Source: a bacterium
Lineage (GTDB): Bacteria > RBG-13-61-14 > DATKZS01
Direction: 5' to 3'
DNA length: 64,000 bases
NCBI GenBank assembly: GCA_963674965.2
Contig: CAXXFL010000001.1
Location: forward strand, 1 to 64,000
Shown: one piece after another, positions 36,883 to 47,812 of the stretch
Numbering within the stretch: the first letter of the stretch is position 1
Layout of the letters: every line of letters begins with the position of its first letter
Program-made: the position numbers and the translations under genes
Notes under the pieces: model-generated
Database searches by the model: none
Told to the model about the DNA's origin: nothing
The model's input: the letters and a program-made list of their open reading frames with translations, nothing else

Positions 36883-39800
36883 TTACTTAGGCCCGGCGTT
36901 TTCTTTTTCTAAAATTTTTCCGCTCGTCCCTTTTGAGGCCAGGTTTTTAAACTCGGCCTCGATGGCGGTTATATCGGTTTGATCGAGCCTGAACCGGTCT
37001 CTCCTGTAAGAGGACGGGATATCCCCTTTCCTTTTCTTCATCAGGTCGTCGACCTCTCTTTTTTTCTTCACGAATTCCATCCACGCCGCCATGGCCTCCT
37101 CTTTCCTCCCCGCCTCCAGGAGCGCCCGAGCCAGGTTCAAGGAGGAGGGAAGGTCGTAGGGCTCGACGGCAACGGCCTTTTTCCAAAGCTCAATCTCCCG
37201 GGCTTTATCGCCCCTGAACCTCGCCGCCATGGCCAGGCCCATAAGCGACCCTATATCGCTGGGGTTCATCTCGAGGGCCCGCTCGAAGGCGGCCTCGGCC
37301 AGTTGGGCCCCTTCCCTGGAATCGGCCAGCATGGCGCCGTCCAGCAATATCTGCCCCTTTTTCCTATAAGGTCCCGGGTCAGCCGGGTTCAATCTCGAGG
37401 CCTCCTCCTCGAGCTTCAGGGCCTTGCTGAGGAACCTCGGGTCGCGCGCTCCCTTGAACTTGGCGTAATAGGCCGAGGCCAGCTTCTGATAAGGTCCCGT
37501 GTTTCCGCTCGATTTCAAGATTGCGTCCGCCAGGAGAATCGAGGCCTTGTCGGGACTCCTCTCAGCCTGGGCCGCCATGTAAAGACCGTAGCCTTGGGCA
37601 AGATACAAGGAAAGGGATGAAATGACGAGAAAAGCCGCCGCAACGGCCAGGGCAACGATCCCGGCCGTCCATGGACCCGGCCGGATTTCCCGAAGACCCG
37701 GCCAGCCCCCGGCCCCCAGGCTCGAGGCCAGGCACCCGCAAACGACGGCCGTGAGCGCGGCGATGGATTGGTTTTGCAGGTTCGAGTCCACCAGGGCGTG
37801 CAGGCAAACGCCGAGGAGTCCCGCGGCCAGGGCCAGGGCCGTTCCTCCTCCCTCGGACGCCGCGCCGCGCCAGGCGGAGAATATCATGATGAAGGCCGGA
37901 ACCATAAGGCAAACCGCGGCAAGGGGACTCATCTCGGCCGCCAGGTGGATATACTCGTTGTGCGCGGTGGTGGGCGACTTCTCGAAACGGCCGCCCGGCA
38001 CTCCCTCCACGGGAAACTTGTGCTTGTAAGCGTAATACTTGAACATGCCCGGACCAACGCCGAGTGGATGGTCGCCGATTACTTTCAGCCCGGCGGCCCA
38101 GATGTTGACCCGCTCGAAGGCGTAGGGGTCCTTGCCGATTTTCCTGACCCTTTCCCGCAAGGGGTTGGGAGTCGCCGCCAGGAATACGAGGCCAAGCGCC
38201 GCGGCCGCCGCGGGAATGCCGATCGACAGGCGAAGGGCCTTGCCGCCGCTCGCTCCCCACGCGGTCGCGGCCTTCCGGATCATGGGAACGGCCACGAACA
38301 TTAAGGGGACCGCTAAAATAACCGCCGCCCTGCTTTGGGAAGATATTACTCCCGCGAGAAACAGGACAAAAAGCGCGCCCCAGCCCGCGAGTCCCCTCCA
38401 ACCGGCGGGTCCCGCGAGCAATGAAGCCAGGGAGCGGTACAGCGCGTAAGGGGCAAGTATCATGATGAAACCGGCCAGGTAATTGGGATTGAAGAACCCC
38501 CCCGTCGCCCTTGCGGCCGATGATTGGTCCTGGACGAGCGCCGAGGCGCATTGCAGGGCCCCGGCCGCGACCGCGATGAGCATGACGGCCCTGACCCTCG
38601 CCTCGGCCGCCTGCCGGCGGTCCATGGCCTGACCGCCTTCCTCGTCCCCGACCTGGGAGGTGAATTGCAAGATGAAGTAAAAAAGGAAAACGTAGGCGAT
38701 AATGTTAAGGCACCAGTAAAGGGAGATATAGTAATAATCGCTCATGGCGAAGCTGATGGAGGCGAGAAGCCAGAATCCCAGTATCCACTTGTCGAGTTTC
38801 GTGGCGTAAATGGTCTTTTGGCTTTGGCCGCCGATCCGGAAGGACCACGCCGCCGCGAGCAAAAGGACGATAACGCGCAGAGCGGTTACGGGAACATAGG
38901 TGGTCCCGCCCTCGATGAAGGGAAGGCCCACTAAAATGATCACCAATGAGCCATAGTAAAAGAACGGCCCGCGCTTCATGAGGACCCAGGCGATAAAAAG
39001 CCCCGTTGCCAGGCTGAGTATCAAGGCCGGATAGAAAAAAGAAGGCATGAAAACGAAATCCACCCTCGGCCCTTCCCTGTTGACCTCGACGGCCTTGAAG
39101 AATCCGTTCGCCCGGAGGATTTCCCTCTCCTTGCCGTTCACCTTGGCCTTCCATCCCGGATAATGAGAGTCCAGGAACACCAGGTAGCCTGGGTGATTGG
39201 GCTCGACCAGGAAGGTGGCCCGGCCGTTGGTCTCGATAAAGGGGGTTTGTCCAATGAACAGGCTGCCCACGTCCTTGGGTGGCTGGGCAGGAGGCTCCCC
39301 CTCCAGCAGGACCTCGGCCCGCGGGTCGAATGAGGGGTCGCGCATGGCCTCGATTACGGACTCGCGGTCGGGAAAAAAGCGGGCGCGAGGGACCACGTAG
39401 GCCAGGGGCAGGGCCCCGCCGGTCCGGACCGGTTCCTTGCCCTGGCTTACGATCCATTGGATACCGGAAAGGGAGGCCAGTTTCCTGCCCATCTCCGGCG
39501 ACTCGGAGGCCAATTTCAACCAAAGGTCCACGTCAAAAGGATAAAAGGAACTCCTGGACCCCGCGTCCCGGAGCCTCAGCTCGAGGCCCGTAAAGGGACG
39601 GAGCCAGTAGCGCCGGCTTTTGAAAAAATCCACCGGGTCCCGGCCGGGAACGAGCGAACGAAGCTTCGGGTCCTCGGGCAAAAGAGTCATGACCCGGGCG
39701 CGGGCGTCCCTTTTAAGAATCTCCTCCGCGGCGTTTTTCTCCAAATTGTAAAAGCTCTCCGGCTGGGTCGGATTGACGCGCTTATGGGCGGAATAAAGGT

Positions 39801-41304
39801 CGATGAAAACGAGAAGGAACAGGGCCGGGCATATCCTGGCCGCCATGCCGGCCCTGGTCCTTATCAGGGTCCAGGCAAAGAGGCAAAGGCCCGCGATGAA
39901 AATGGTCCTGCAGGCCGCGAGATAAAACAGGCGAGACCTTATCGCCTCGAGGCCAAGAGATATGATCCGGTCTGAAAGCCCCCGCGTGGACAGGAAAAGC
40001 GCGGCCGCGGCGAGGACCAGAGAGACAAAGGGGACCATCCTCTCCGAGGACCCGGACGCGGGTTTGCCTTCTGGCGATCCGGGGTCGGCGAAGGTCCTGG
40101 CCAGGGCGTCCACGCCCATGGCGGCCAGGTAGCAAAGGGGCAGGGCGAAGCCCATCATGAGGCGCTCGGGTATGCGGAAACGGTCGAAGCCCGGAACGAT
40201 CTTGTAGAAAATCCAATAAAGCCCCGCGTTCTCTCCCATGGCCAGGACCAGGAAAAGGACCATGGCCGCCGCCAGCATGAGCCATTCCTTTTTCCTCTTG
40301 CCCATGACGCCCGCCCCGGCGAGAAGGAGAGCGGCGAGCCCGGGATACAGGCTTAGAAGATAGGGAAGCGTGGGAGGACGAAGCCCCATTATCCAGAATG
40401 GATTGCCGCTCGGCTCGGAAATATAATTCGGTATGAGAAGGGTGGCCAGGGCCCTGGGATCGAGGGACCACCGGACGGCCTCGGAATACTCCAGCCCGCC
40501 CGCCCGGTTGGAAAGACCCGACAACTCGAGCGTCGGTACCCACTGGACCGCGCTGATAGCCAGGGCCAGGCCGAGGGACCCGCAAACGGCCCAGGCCGCC
40601 CTTTTGATTTTTCCTCGGGTCAGGCCTTGTCCGTCCTCCTGGAAAGGTCCGGCCAATAAAAAAAGCGGCGCCAGCGCGCCCGACAGAGCGGCTATCTGCG
40701 GCTCCCCTCCCAGGGCCTGCATGCCCCAGAAAAGACCGGACAGGCACAGGAAGCGAAGGTCCCCCGTCCGATAGAAACGCATGACGGCCCATAACAGCGG
40801 AGTTATCCAGGCGGCTGAATTAAGGACCACCACCTGGAGGCCGAGGGAGATAAAAAAGCCGCCATAGGCCCAGGCCAGGGAGCCGGCCAGGGAGGCCCCC
40901 CTCGAGAAACCCGAGCTCTTTAAAAACACGTAAGTCCCAAAAAGGGCCAGGGCGAAATGAGCGATGATGAAAAATGTCACCGTCCTGGCCGCCGATCCCA
41001 GGAGGAATATGAAGTTAAGGGGATAGAAGGCGAACCACTGGGGGTTGGCCGCCCCCGGAATGCCGTTGAAGCTATAGGGGTTCCAAAGCACGTCGAAGCC
41101 CGACTCGATTAAAAAGTGCCGCTTGGGCACGATCTCCACGCAGACGTCGCGGAAATAAAAGACCTGCCCTCCGAAGATGGCCTCCGCGAAAAAGAGGCAC
41201 AGGGTGAAAAGCATGAAACCCATGGCCAAAAGGTCGGCGCGGCCGACCTCGAACCCGAGGAAAGCGGACAATTTTTCACCGAAATTTCTCGTTGTCCTTT
41301 CCAT
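36883..41304 (-). CDS. Fusion of a YfhO-like membrane glycosyltransferase, an O-antigen ligase domain and TPRs
   Basis: N-half: YFRD, WNPYSFNGIP, FYP, RFRIPER, YLVFLDSHYPGWKAKVNG, RANGFF. C-half: RATGGFFNPNYLAG, SQSRA, R..IW, HPLGVGPG, AHNEY, HALVD, then TPRs. No internal stop. Confidence 0.85.
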   Translation of the reverse strand: MERTTRNFGEKLSAFLGFEVGRADLLAMGFMLFTLCLFFAEAIFGGQVFYFRDVCVEIVPKRHFLIESGFDVLWNPYSFNGIPGAANPQWFAFYPLNFIFLLGSAARTVTFFIIAHFALALFGTYVFLKSSGFSRGASLAGSLAWAYGGFFISLGLQVVVLNSAAWITPLLWAVMRFYRTGDLRFLCLSGLFWGMQALGGEPQIAALSGALAPLFLLAGPFQEDGQGLTRGKIKRAAWAVCGSLGLALAISAVQWVPTLELSGLSNRAGGLEYSEAVRWSLDPRALATLLIPNYISEPSGNPFWIMGLRPPTLPYLLSLYPGLAALLLAGAGVMGKRKKEWLMLAAAMVLFLVLAMGENAGLYWIFYKIVPGFDRFRIPERLMMGFALPLCYLAAMGVDALARTFADPGSPEGKPASGSSERMVPFVSLVLAAAALFLSTRGLSDRIISLGLEAIRSRLFYLAACRTIFIAGLCLFAWTLIRTRAGMAARICPALFLLVFIDLYSAHKRVNPTQPESFYNLEKNAAEEILKRDARARVMTLLPEDPKLRSLVPGRDPVDFFKSRRYWLRPFTGLELRLRDAGSRSSFYPFDVDLWLKLASESPEMGRKLASLSGIQWIVSQGKEPVRTGGALPLAYVVPRARFFPDRESVIEAMRDPSFDPRAEVLLEGEPPAQPPKDVGSLFIGQTPFIETNGRATFLVEPNHPGYLVFLDSHYPGWKAKVNGKEREILRANGFFKAVEVNREGPRVDFVFMPSFFYPALILSLATGLFIAWVLMKRGPFFYYGSLVIILVGLPFIEGGTTYVPVTALRVIVLLLAAAWSFRIGGQSQKTIYATKLDKWILGFWLLASISFAMSDYYYISLYWCLNIIAYVFLFYFILQFTSQVGDEEGGQAMDRRQAAEARVRAVMLIAVAAGALQCASALVQDQSSAARATGGFFNPNYLAGFIMILAPYALYRSLASLLAGPAGWRGLAGWGALFVLFLAGVISSQSRAAVILAVPLMFVAVPMIRKAATAWGASGGKALRLSIGIPAAAAALGLVFLAATPNPLRERVRKIGKDPYAFERVNIWAAGLKVIGDHPLGVGPGMFKYYAYKHKFPVEGVPGGRFEKSPTTAHNEYIHLAAEMSPLAAVCLMVPAFIMIFSAWRGAASEGGGTALALAAGLLGVCLHALVDSNLQNQSIAALTAVVCGCLASSLGAGGWPGLREIRPGPWTAGIVALAVAAAFLVISSLSLYLAQGYGLYMAAQAERSPDKASILLADAILKSSGNTGPYQKLASAYYAKFKGARDPRFLSKALKLEEEASRLNPADPGPYRKKGQILLDGAMLADSREGAQLAEAAFERALEMNPSDIGSLMGLAMAARFRGDKAREIELWKKAVAVEPYDLPSSLNLARALLEAGRKEEAMAAWMEFVKKKREVDDLMKKRKGDIPSSYRRDRFRLDQTDITAIEAEFKNLASKGTSGKILEKENAGPK

Positions 41305-41499
41305 GATAACCACGCGAAAGGTATTACAATATAATCATTTGGCTTTTCTCTCAAGTCCGGAGCGGACAAAAGCGGGAAGGAAGCCGAAAAGCAAGGCCCT
41401 CTTAAGGCCTAAGGGCATAGGCGGCCGAGAACGACAAGACCGGAGGATAAGCCGCCCCGATTTCGGCCGAAACCGCGCGCCGCCCGGGGCCGGCCCTGA

Positions 41500-41528
41500 T
41501 TGACACGAGTATCTCACTGTGTTAACTT
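41500..41528 (+). promoter_or_regulatory. Sigma70-type promoter of the che operon
   Basis: TTGACA-N17-TAACTT with a TG extension, about 100 nt upstream of cheR. Confidence 0.6.
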
Positions 41529-41630
41529 ACAAATTTGTTGGATCCGCTCGTTTTGGCCGCCTTTGGCGGCGGCCCCGGGTCCGGCGCGGTGAAGACTTGA
41601 ACTTGATTAATTCAGGCGCGAGGGATTGAG

Positions 41631-42476
41631 ATGAGCGCCCCCCTTATTGAAGACTATCCGCTGGAGGAATTGGCGGACAAGCTTTTCCGGGAGAGGGGGT
41701 TCGATCTTCACTCCTATAAACCCAGGCTTTTAAAGCGGAGGCTGACCGCCCGGTTGAGGCTCTGTTCCTGCGGCGGGGTCAAGGACTACCTTGATTTTCT
41801 GCGGTCCAACCCGGGCGAGGTGGACGAGCTTTTAAAGGCCCTCGATATCAACGTCAGCGGCTTTTTCCGTAACGCCGAGACGTTCGATTTCCTGGCCGAG
41901 CGGATACTGCCGGGCCTCATCCGACGGAACCGGGAGTCGGGAAGGGGTCTTTTCATGGTGAGCGCCGGGTGCGCCGACGGCGAGGAGCCCTACAGTATGG
42001 CCATGATATTGAAGGGCCGGTTCAGCCGGGACCTTCGCGGCATGGTGACTCGCTTGGTCGGAATGGACGTCTCCGGGGAATCGATCGAGAGGGCCAAAAA
42101 GGGCCTTTACAGAAACGACCGGCTGTCCGAGACGCCGGCGGAATACGTGAAGAAGTACTTTATCAAAAAGGGAAGCGACTTTGAGATATGCCCGGAGGTC
42201 CGCGAGATGGTGGAATTCGAGAGGCGAGACCTGCGGGAGGGCCTTCCTTTCTCGGGAGTGGACCTTTTACTGTGCCGGAACGTGCTGATCTATTTCCAGA
42301 AGGAAAGGCAGGACGCCCTGGTTAAAAGTTTTCTCGAGGGCCTTTACCCGGGCGGGTACCTGGTGCTGGGCAAGACGGAGAGTCTTATAGGAAACAAAAG
42401 AGAGGGTTTTAAGGTGGTCGACATATCTCAACACGTCTATTGCAAAGCGGGAGAAGAACCATGCGGATGGAGGTGA
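41631..42476 (+). CDS. cheR: Chemotaxis methyltransferase CheR
   Basis: [43 protein letters not shown]. Confidence 0.95.
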   Translation: MSAPLIEDYPLEELADKLFRERGFDLHSYKPRLLKRRLTARLRLCSCGGVKDYLDFLRSNPGEVDELLKALDINVSGFFRNAETFDFLAERILPGLIRRNRESGRGLFMVSAGCADGEEPYSMAMILKGRFSRDLRGMVTRLVGMDVSGESIERAKKGLYRNDRLSETPAEYVKKYFIKKGSDFEICPEVREMVEFERRDLREGLPFSGVDLLLCRNVLIYFQKERQDALVKSFLEGLYPGGYLVLGKTESLIGNKREGFKVVDISQHVYCKAGEEPCGWR

Positions 42477-43891
42477 AGATTTTCCTTGGCTTTATGTTCG
42501 TGGCCCTCGCCACCACGGTTATAAACTTCGTTTTCAGCCTGCTTATGATCAACGACGTCTTCGGTCCGATCCCGGCCACGGTGGGAAGTCTTTCCGTTGT
42601 GCTGGTGGTCATGGCCGTGGCGGGAAGGCTTTACGCCAAGACCATTTATCTGGACCTCCACCGCCTCATATCCTCGGCCCGCCGCATCAGCAAGGGGGAC
42701 CTGACCGAGGAGGTCAGCCTTAAGCGGGACAACCGTTTTCCCGACGAGATCGATGACCTCATGGCCTCGGTCAACGCCATGCTCGAGAGCCTGAGGGAAC
42801 TCACGGCCAAGACCCAGGGCACGGCGGTCAACATCAGCAAGGCGGCCCAGAACCTCTCGACCACCTCGGAGGAAATGAACGCCTCTACCCTCGAGGTCTC
42901 GACCACCATCGAGGAGATCAGCAAGGGGGCCGAGCTCCAGGCCGAGCTGGTGGAGAACACCTCGAAGACCGTGAGGGAGATGGCCGGGACCATCGAGTTG
43001 ACGTCCTCCAACGCCGCCGTCACCTCGACCTCCGTGTCCGAGGCCGCCCAGAAGGCGCAAGGATCGGGAGAACTCGCCAACACGGCCATGGAAAAGATGA
43101 AGCAGGTCTTCGAGAAAATGGCCAACTCCCAGGACATGGTCGTCCAGTTCGGGGGCAAGACCAAGCGCATCGGAAAGATCGTCGAGATGATCACCAACAT
43201 CGCCCGCCAGACCAACCTCCTGGCCCTTAACGCCACCATCGAGGCGGCCCGGGCGGGAGAGTACGGCAAGGGCTTCGCCGTGGTGGCCGACGAGGTAAGA
43301 AAACTGGCCGAGTCGACCTCGACGGCCTCCGAGCAGATCACCGACCTGGTGCAGGAGGTGTCCGACGAGTCCGAGCGGGTGGTGAACTCGATGAAGGAGA
43401 CGGCCGACAACATCGCCGAGGGCAGGGAGGACATCGGGACCATCAACCAGTCCCTGGCCGAGATCGTGGAGATGGTCAACGAGGCGGCGGCCAAGGTCAA
43501 GGACATCGCCGAGCTGTCCCAGGTGCAGGCCGAGGGCGCCAAGGACCTGGTCCGGAGCATCGACGAGATCGCCAAGGTCGCCCACGACAACGCCTCCGCC
43601 ACCGAGGAGGTCAGCGCCGCCACCGAGGAACAGACCGCCTCGATGCAGGAAATGGCCACCTCGGCCCAGGAGCTTTACATGCTCAGCGACGAGCTCAAGA
43701 ACGTGGTCAGCAAGTTCCGGCTCGACGCCGAGAGGGTGATGGTGACGGAGGCCGGGGCGTCCTTCCGGCCCGACGAGGAGGACAGGGTCACGGGAAACCA
43801 CGCGGCCAAGGACAAAAAGAAAGAAAAGGGCGGCGATAAAAACAAGCCCGGCTCGGGCGACGCCGCCGACATGGACTTTATTTTCGAGTGA
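42461..43891 (+). CDS. Methyl-accepting chemotaxis protein with minimal periplasmic loop (DifA-like)
   Basis: Two adjacent TM helices, [39 protein letters not shown]. Confidence 0.95.
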   Translation: MRMEVKIFLGFMFVALATTVINFVFSLLMINDVFGPIPATVGSLSVVLVVMAVAGRLYAKTIYLDLHRLISSARRISKGDLTEEVSLKRDNRFPDEIDDLMASVNAMLESLRELTAKTQGTAVNISKAAQNLSTTSEEMNASTLEVSTTIEEISKGAELQAELVENTSKTVREMAGTIELTSSNAAVTSTSVSEAAQKAQGSGELANTAMEKMKQVFEKMANSQDMVVQFGGKTKRIGKIVEMITNIARQTNLLALNATIEAARAGEYGKGFAVVADEVRKLAESTSTASEQITDLVQEVSDESERVVNSMKETADNIAEGREDIGTINQSLAEIVEMVNEAAAKVKDIAELSQVQAEGAKDLVRSIDEIAKVAHDNASATEEVSAATEEQTASMQEMATSAQELYMLSDELKNVVSKFRLDAERVMVTEAGASFRPDEEDRVTGNHAAKDKKKEKGGDKNKPGSGDAADMDFIFE

Positions 43892-44355
43892 TGGAAGCCG
43901 CCGTTAATTTAAGACCCGACGCCCGGCGTCAGGTCATAAGTTTCGCCCTCGAGCCCGAGCTTATGGGCCTCGAGTTGAAATACGTCGAGAAGGTAATCGA
44001 GATAAGCTCTTTCACCTTCGTGCCCCGGGCGCCCTCCTTTATAAGGGGGGCCATCAACCACCACGGCAAGGTCATAGCGGTGGTGGACCTGAGGGATTTC
44101 CTCGGGATGGGCAAGTCCGAGCTGACGCTGGACTCGAGGCTCCTGATAATCGGGAGCGAGGTTTACCATCTCGGGTTTATCGTGGACCGGGTGGAAAGGA
44201 TCGAGCTGGTTCCCATGCGGGGCCCGCTGGTCCAGACGCCCGAGCCGGGAGAGTCCAACCCCTTGGTTTTGAGAATGATCAACCTCGGCGGAAGGATTCT
44301 TAACCTCATCGACATGGACAAGCTCCTGGCCGACGTGGAGAATTACTTCGCCTAA
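43888..44355 (+). CDS. cheW: Chemotaxis coupling protein CheW
   Basis: [35 protein letters not shown]. Confidence 0.92.
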   Translation: MMEAAVNLRPDARRQVISFALEPELMGLELKYVEKVIEISSFTFVPRAPSFIRGAINHHGKVIAVVDLRDFLGMGKSELTLDSRLLIIGSEVYHLGFIVDRVERIELVPMRGPLVQTPEPGESNPLVLRMINLGGRILNLIDMDKLLADVENYFA

Positions 44356-44380
44356 TGAAGATTGATTGAGGAGGTCGCGG

Positions 44381-44746
44381 ATGCCTATCAGGGTTCTCAT
44401 CGCCGACGACGCGCTATTCATGCGGAACATGATCAAGGACGTGTTCGCCGGCGACGACTTCGAGGTGGTTGGAGAGGCGGCTAACGGCGTCGAGGCCGTG
44501 GAACGCTACAAGGAACTCCAGCCCGACGTCACCACCATGGACATAGTCATGCCCCAGAAGAGCGGGATCGAGGCGGTAAGGGAAATCGTCAAGATCGACA
44601 AGGACGCCAAGATCGTCATGTGCTCGGCCCTGGGCCAGGAGTCCCTGGTCATGGAGGCCATCGAGGCCGGGGCCTCCGACTTCATCGTTAAGCCGTTCAA
44701 GCCGGAAAAAGTCCTCGAAATCGTCCGCAAAGTAGTCAAGCTCTGA
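44381..44746 (+). CDS. cheY: Single-domain response regulator CheY (DifD-like)
   Basis: IADDALFMR, MDIVMP, MCSALGQ, DFIVKPF; GAGGAGG RBS before ATG 44381. Confidence 0.95.
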   Translation: MPIRVLIADDALFMRNMIKDVFAGDDFEVVGEAANGVEAVERYKELQPDVTTMDIVMPQKSGIEAVREIVKIDKDAKIVMCSALGQESLVMEAIEAGASDFIVKPFKPEKVLEIVRKVVKL

Positions 44747-44810
44747 TTCCAGTCCCCGGACGGGAGCGAAAACCGCGACCGCCCGGACCCGTACGCCGAG
44801 GGGCCCGATC

Positions 44811-47138
44811 ATGGATATGAGTAAGTACAAGGCCATGTTCATCTCCGAGACCGCGGAACACCTGCAGTCCATGAGCCGGGGCCTTGTCAAAATCGAGCAA
44901 AACCCCGAGGAGCAGGAGGCCATCGCCGAGGTCTTCAGGAACGCCCATTCCATCAAGGGCATGGCCGCCTCCATGGGGTTCGAGCCCATACGGGACCTGG
45001 CCCACGCCATGGAAGACGTGATGGACGACGTGAGGGAGGGGACCACCAGGCCCGAGGCCGAGGCCATGGACCTGCTTTTCCAGGGCCTGGACCTGCTCGA
45101 GAAGATGCTCTCCCAGGTCGAGAACGACCTCGAGTTCTCCGGCGAGGGCGAGGAACTGGCCGCCCGGATCAGGAGCTTTCGCGAGACGGCGGGAGAAAAA
45201 CCGGCCGCCGAGACCGCGCCCTCCGAGGAACCAAAAAAAACGACCGGCCAAGAAGAGGATAAGCCGGAGATAGACCTGGGCGACATGGGCATGGGAGAGA
45301 TCGAGGCCAAGGAGGAAACCCGGACCTCGCCCCCCCCCAAGCTGCCCGAGCTGGTCTTCGACGACGACCTGGACTTCGCCCTGGACGAGGAGACCGAGGA
45401 GGAAGTCAAGGCGCCCGAGCCGGTCCAGACCGCCCAGGCCGCCGGCGACGAGTACGACCTCGAGGAGGAAGAAGACGGCTTCGACGACGAGGTGACCTTT
45501 ACCCTCGAGGACGCCGGATTGGCCTCGCCCCCCCCACCCAAGGCGGCCGCCCCCGCCGCGACGCGACCCGGGCCCGCCCCGGTGCCGCCCGAGCCGGAGT
45601 CCCCGGAGAAGGCCGCCGGGCCCCGCCGCTCGATCAAGGTTATTTTCTCCCCCCAGACCGCTTCCCCCGGGGTCCGGGGACTTATCCTTTTCAAGCGCCT
45701 CGGCGAGGTGGGACAGATACTCGATTCCCGCCCTCCCGCCGACGAGGTCAAGGCGGGAAACTTCCTGGACGACCCCAAGGGACTGGCGGTCGAGATCGAC
45801 TTCCAGGCCGACTCGGGGGAGGCCGAGATCATCGAGGTGATCAAGTCCATGACCGACGTCGAGGCCTTCGAGGTCACGGCCCCCGAGGCGGGTCCGGCGC
45901 AAGCGGCCGCCCAGGCCGAGGACTCCGCCGAGCCGGCCGAGGCCCGCGACAAGGAACCCGCCTACGACCCCTTCGCCCAGGTCCAGTCCCTGCCCCAGAC
46001 GGTAAGGGTCAAGACCATGGCCCTGGACGGTTTCATCAACGCCCTGGGTGAAATGATCCTGGTCAAGAGCGAGCTGCGGGAAGTGGCCAAGCGCCATCCC
46101 ATCGGCGCCCTTACCGCCGGGCTGGACAAGCTGGAGGGACTGGTAAAGGACTTCTACGACCAGGTCATGAGCATCAGGATGATGCCGCTCGAGAGCGTGG
46201 TGCAAAGACTTCCCCGCGTGGTCCGGGACCTGGCCCGGGACGAGGGCAAGAAGATAAGGTTCGAGATCACGGGGGTCGACATCGAGCTGGACCGGGCCAT
46301 CCTCGAGCAGCTCACCGACCCCCTGATCCACCTGCTTCGCAACTGCGTCAACCACGGGATCGAGACGCCCGAGGAAAGGGAGAAGATGGGCAAGCCCGGC
46401 GAGGGCGTGATCGTTCTCGAGGGCTACCGGATGCGGGACCTGGCCCTGATCGAGGTCCGGGACGACGGAAGAGGGATGGACCCCTTCGCCATCAAGGAGG
46501 CGGCCGCGGCCAAGGGGGTCGTCTCGGCGGAGCAGGCGGCCAAGATGACCGACGAGGACGCGCTCCAGCTCATCTTCACCCCGGGTTTCTCGACGGCCAA
46601 GAAGGTGGGCATGGTCTCGGGCCGGGGCGTGGGCATGGACGCGGTCAAGAACGTGGTCGAGGGCGTGGGCGGTTTCGTGACCATCAACACGGTGCCGGGA
46701 AGCGGGACGACCTTCACCCTCCACCTGCCCCGCACCATCGCCATCGTGAACGTTCTCCTGGTCAAGCTGCTCGAGGAAGTCTTCGCCGTTCCCCTGACCA
46801 AGGTGCAAAAGACGGTCGAGATACTTCCCCACCAGGTAAGGGTGAACCAGGGCAAAAGGTTCTACCTCGACCGCCAGGAGATGGTGCCCATGAAGCCCCT
46901 GCACCGGTTCCTCGACCTGGAGGAACCCAAGGCCTCGCCGAGGGACGCGGCCCAGGCCCTTATCGTCGAGGCCCACAACAGGAAGGTGGCCCTCCTCGTG
47001 GACGACCTGATCGGACAAGAGGAGGCCTTTATAAGACCGCTTGGAAAACCGCTGGAGAGGATTTCGGGCCTGTCCGGCGTTACCATGCTGGGGGACGGAA
47101 AAATGGTTTTCGTCCTGGACACGATGAGCTTGCTCTAA
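44811..47138 (+). CDS. cheA: Chemotaxis histidine kinase CheA (DifE-like)
   Basis: HPt FRNAHSIKGMA, acidic linker, P2-like domain, HLLRNCVNHG, DDGRG, SGRGVGMD, C-terminal CheW domain. Confidence 0.97.
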   Translation: MDMSKYKAMFISETAEHLQSMSRGLVKIEQNPEEQEAIAEVFRNAHSIKGMAASMGFEPIRDLAHAMEDVMDDVREGTTRPEAEAMDLLFQGLDLLEKMLSQVENDLEFSGEGEELAARIRSFRETAGEKPAAETAPSEEPKKTTGQEEDKPEIDLGDMGMGEIEAKEETRTSPPPKLPELVFDDDLDFALDEETEEEVKAPEPVQTAQAAGDEYDLEEEEDGFDDEVTFTLEDAGLASPPPPKAAAPAATRPGPAPVPPEPESPEKAAGPRRSIKVIFSPQTASPGVRGLILFKRLGEVGQILDSRPPADEVKAGNFLDDPKGLAVEIDFQADSGEAEIIEVIKSMTDVEAFEVTAPEAGPAQAAAQAEDSAEPAEARDKEPAYDPFAQVQSLPQTVRVKTMALDGFINALGEMILVKSELREVAKRHPIGALTAGLDKLEGLVKDFYDQVMSIRMMPLESVVQRLPRVVRDLARDEGKKIRFEITGVDIELDRAILEQLTDPLIHLLRNCVNHGIETPEEREKMGKPGEGVIVLEGYRMRDLALIEVRDDGRGMDPFAIKEAAAAKGVVSAEQAAKMTDEDALQLIFTPGFSTAKKVGMVSGRGVGMDAVKNVVEGVGGFVTINTVPGSGTTFTLHLPRTIAIVNVLLVKLLEEVFAVPLTKVQKTVEILPHQVRVNQGKRFYLDRQEMVPMKPLHRFLDLEEPKASPRDAAQALIVEAHNRKVALLVDDLIGQEEAFIRPLGKPLERISGLSGVTMLGDGKMVFVLDTMSLL

Positions 47139-47150
47139 GGTGAAACGAAC

Positions 47151-47810
47151 ATGAACCAGCCCTTGACGTACGAGGACTTGGAACTCCGCGAGGTCGAGTA
47201 CGACGCCCTGCGCGAGATTTCCAACATAGGAATGGGACACGCCGCCACCGCCCTCAACCAGATGATCGGCAAGACCGTCATCCTGACCATACCCGAGGTG
47301 GCGCTGGTATCTCTCAAGGACCTTCCCGACTTCGTGGGAGGGACCGAGAAGATCGTCATCGGGATTTATTTGAAGGTGTGGGGCGACGTGACCGGCGACA
47401 TACTCATGGTCTTCCCCCGCAAGAGCGCCCTCGCCCTTTGCGCCCTGCTCACGGGGGGAGCGCCGGAGGACGAGCTGGTCCTCTCGGAAATGCACTCCTC
47501 CGCCCTCCGGGAGATCGGCAACATCCTCGCCTCCTCCTATCTGGCCGCCCTCGAGAGGCTGTTGGGCAAGACCCTCATCCCCTCCGTGCCCGGCATCGCC
47601 TTCGACATGGCCGGCGCGGTGGTGGACTACATCCTCATCCAGGTGGGAGAGGCCGTGGACCAGACCCTGGTGATCAAGGCCGCCTTTAAGGGAAACGACC
47701 ACGGCGTCAAGGGGAACTTCTATCTTATGCCCGACCCCAACTCCCTCAAGATAATTCTCGACGCCGCCAAGATGCTGGCCAGCCAGAGAAACGGCGAGAG
47801 GAACCGATAG
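47151..47810 (+). CDS. cheC: CheY-P phosphatase CheC (DifG-like)
   Basis: DALREISNIGMGHAATAL and SALREIGNIL ExxN motifs. Confidence 0.95.
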   Translation: MNQPLTYEDLELREVEYDALREISNIGMGHAATALNQMIGKTVILTIPEVALVSLKDLPDFVGGTEKIVIGIYLKVWGDVTGDILMVFPRKSALALCALLTGGAPEDELVLSEMHSSALREIGNILASSYLAALERLLGKTLIPSVPGIAFDMAGAVVDYILIQVGEAVDQTLVIKAAFKGNDHGVKGNFYLMPDPNSLKIILDAAKMLASQRNGERNR

Positions 47811-47812
47811 TC

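Noticed and set aside
41340-41450. Possible c-di-GMP-I riboswitch upstream of the che operon
   Set aside because: A GGCCTAAG...GGCGGCCG stretch resembles P3, but the GNRA-capped P2 and GCAAAC/GCAAAG anchors are not convincing.
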